A DNA stretch of 63,235 nucleotides, the filler included, from Bigelowiella natans CCMP2755 (Eukaryota; Protista; Cercozoa): assembly GCA_000320545.1 (NCBI GenBank). It is 6 parts of 6 records of this genome, joined end to end, with 100 filler letters (N's around TTAATTAATTAA, not from the genome) between each part and the next. Parts side by side here need not be neighbours in the genome. Positions count along the whole stretch, not along the records: positions 61,609 to 63,235 come from ADNK01000769.1; 5 more parts are not named here. The stretch is one strand, 5' to 3'. The translations under genes were made by a program, and so were the position numbers. The notes beneath the pieces were generated by a model. The model did not search any database and was not told the origin of the DNA. It saw only the letters and a list, made by a program, of their open reading frames with translations. Numbering within the stretch: the first letter of the stretch is position 1; each line of letters starts with the position of its first letter. This document shows positions 61,686 to 63,235 of the stretch, piece after piece.

Positions 61686-61930
61686 CACTACTACAACTAT
61701 TGCTGAGGCTACTGCTACTTCTACAATGCACAGGCTAATGCTGCTTTTCTTTACTAGTCCCTTTTTATTCATTTCGAGTTTAATCTTCTTCTTCTTGTTC
61801 TTGTTGTTAGTTTATTTTCCCTCTTCTTCCCCTCTTCATTCAGCACATCACCACCACCGCCGGCTCCAGCTGCTGTAGCTTACGTCCTCCCCCCCCGTTC
61901 CCTCCAGTCTTTTCCCACATACTCACGCAC

Positions 61931-63075
61931 CTCAATCGAGCCGCCTTCTGCTGCCCGCAACAGAGGTGTGACTTTGTTCTTATTGCCAATGAATGGCTGG
62001 GCACGCCCCAAGACGAGGTGTTTGACGACCTGTATTTGATTTGCCAGTGTAGTAAATAAGTAAACATCTTTGGGTAGGTAGTAGCTACACCACTTATAAT
62101 ACCTCGTAGTGGCCCTCCTTTGCGGCCAAGGCAAGAGCGGTTGATCCGTCACTGTGACAAGGGGGGAAGGGGGAGGGGGGCGATGATGTAAGAAGAGCTT
62201 TGATGGGTGATGGCGGAGAACGCTGCGGTGGGTATGATCTCCATATGAAACATTAGTGCCATTGCTTTATCATAGCCTAGTTCTTCGTTGCTCTCGTGGT
62301 CTCTACTACTCGTCGCTTTCTCTCGTCTTTCATCGTCTACTCGCATTCTTCTTACTTACCCGTCCTGCGGCTGGTAATTGATGATTCTGTCTTGCAGCTT
62401 GAGAGCAAGTGATGATTCGTCGTCGTCGCCGCCATTTCCAACGACGAAACCGCCCTCGCCACCCTCTTCGGATGCACTGTGAGTACACCATGATAATGAC
62501 GACGACGACTACAACGACGATGATGATGATGGTGATGATGCGGATGGTAACACACGTTCCCAATCTCAAGCGGAAGATAAAATAACTACAACTACAACAA
62601 CAACAGCAAGAGCAACATCACATGTTCTCACACACGTTACACCAATAACGTACTTGTTATCTGGATGGGTGTCATCATCATCGTCGTCGTCATCATCGGA
62701 GTAGTAGTCGAAGTAGCCGTAGGCGTGGTGCTGCTTATCCTCATCGCCATATTGACCCGGCAACAACGCCTGAATAAGGTCCAGTCTCCCTTTCTGCGCT
62801 GCTGTTCTAAGACCTTCGCCAATCACCACGACCGCCTTCCAAATACACACACAAGCACACACACACATATTATATATACATTAAAACTACCGTTGTCTAT
62901 GGTTCTGGGCACTTTGCTATTATGACTATGATTATGATTATTATAGATATTATTATTCGAAATCATATTCAATCCCGCCAATCTCACCGACCTCGTCGCT
63001 GGCCTCTTTGAAGTAGTGGGTGTACCCGCTCCTCCAGTCAGATTTGGATCCAAACTAAGCACGACATCGTGAAAG
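61931..63075 (-). CDS. Ankyrin-repeat protein, internal fragment
   Basis: Exons splice to DGSTALALAAKEGHYE|VVKHLVLGRAQPFIGNKNKVTPLLRAAEGGSIE; upstream GLRTAAQKGRLDLIQALL. Confidence 0.85.
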
Positions 63076-63176
63076 AGAGGAGGGGGAGGAGGAGGAGGAG
63101 GTGAGGCGCCACATATCAGGCATGCGATGTGGTGCTTCATACCGCATAACAACAGAAATACAAAAACAAACTGGAT

Positions 63177-63219
<43 letters not shown>

Positions 63220-63235
63220 ATATACTACATAGTAT

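Larger units (their letters stand above)
133..63210. repeat. Pervasive intronic and intergenic microsatellites: (CT)n, (TA)n, (CA/TG)n, (CAT/GAT)n, (TAG/CTA)n and G/C homopolymers
   Basis: Examples at 133-165, 565-594, 2969-3001, 12413-12444 and 17637-17698. They occur in most introns and are essentially absent from the retrotransposon. Confidence 0.95.

Overview
Eukaryotic nuclear DNA that is intron-dense and rich in microsatellites. A signal-plus-transit bipartite leader suggests an alga with a secondary plastid, possibly a chlorarachniophyte. The window is six contigs joined by five artificial N44-TTAATTAATTAA-N44 linkers, so adjacency across a linker is not biological. Genes rebuilt by manual exon reading: XPB/ERCC3 helicase, an Mpv17/PMP22 protein, PAN2 (partial), a secreted tandem-WSC protein, a signal-TM-WW membrane protein, a PPR fragment, a SET (Rubisco-LSMT-like) methyltransferase, an F-box/Tudor-like protein, an SLC12A9-like cation-chloride cotransporter, an ADAM/reprolysin-like protease, an Ldh_2 (DpkA-like) oxidoreductase and an ankyrin protein. 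The centrepiece is a complete Ty3/Gypsy LTR retrotransposon (35174-40889) with identical 326-bp LTRs, a CATT target-site duplication and a single 1657-aa ORF. Its integrase has an atypical DD(27)E spacing. Where a chromodomain would normally sit, it is followed by a domain resembling the Dam-like adenine-methyltransferase fold of DIRS elements and phages, with a degenerate catalytic motif. Intergenic blocks 3' of genes are strongly enriched in CTAG/CATG/TGCA, suggesting methylation-driven C-to-T decay. All family calls come from motif recognition, not database searches.
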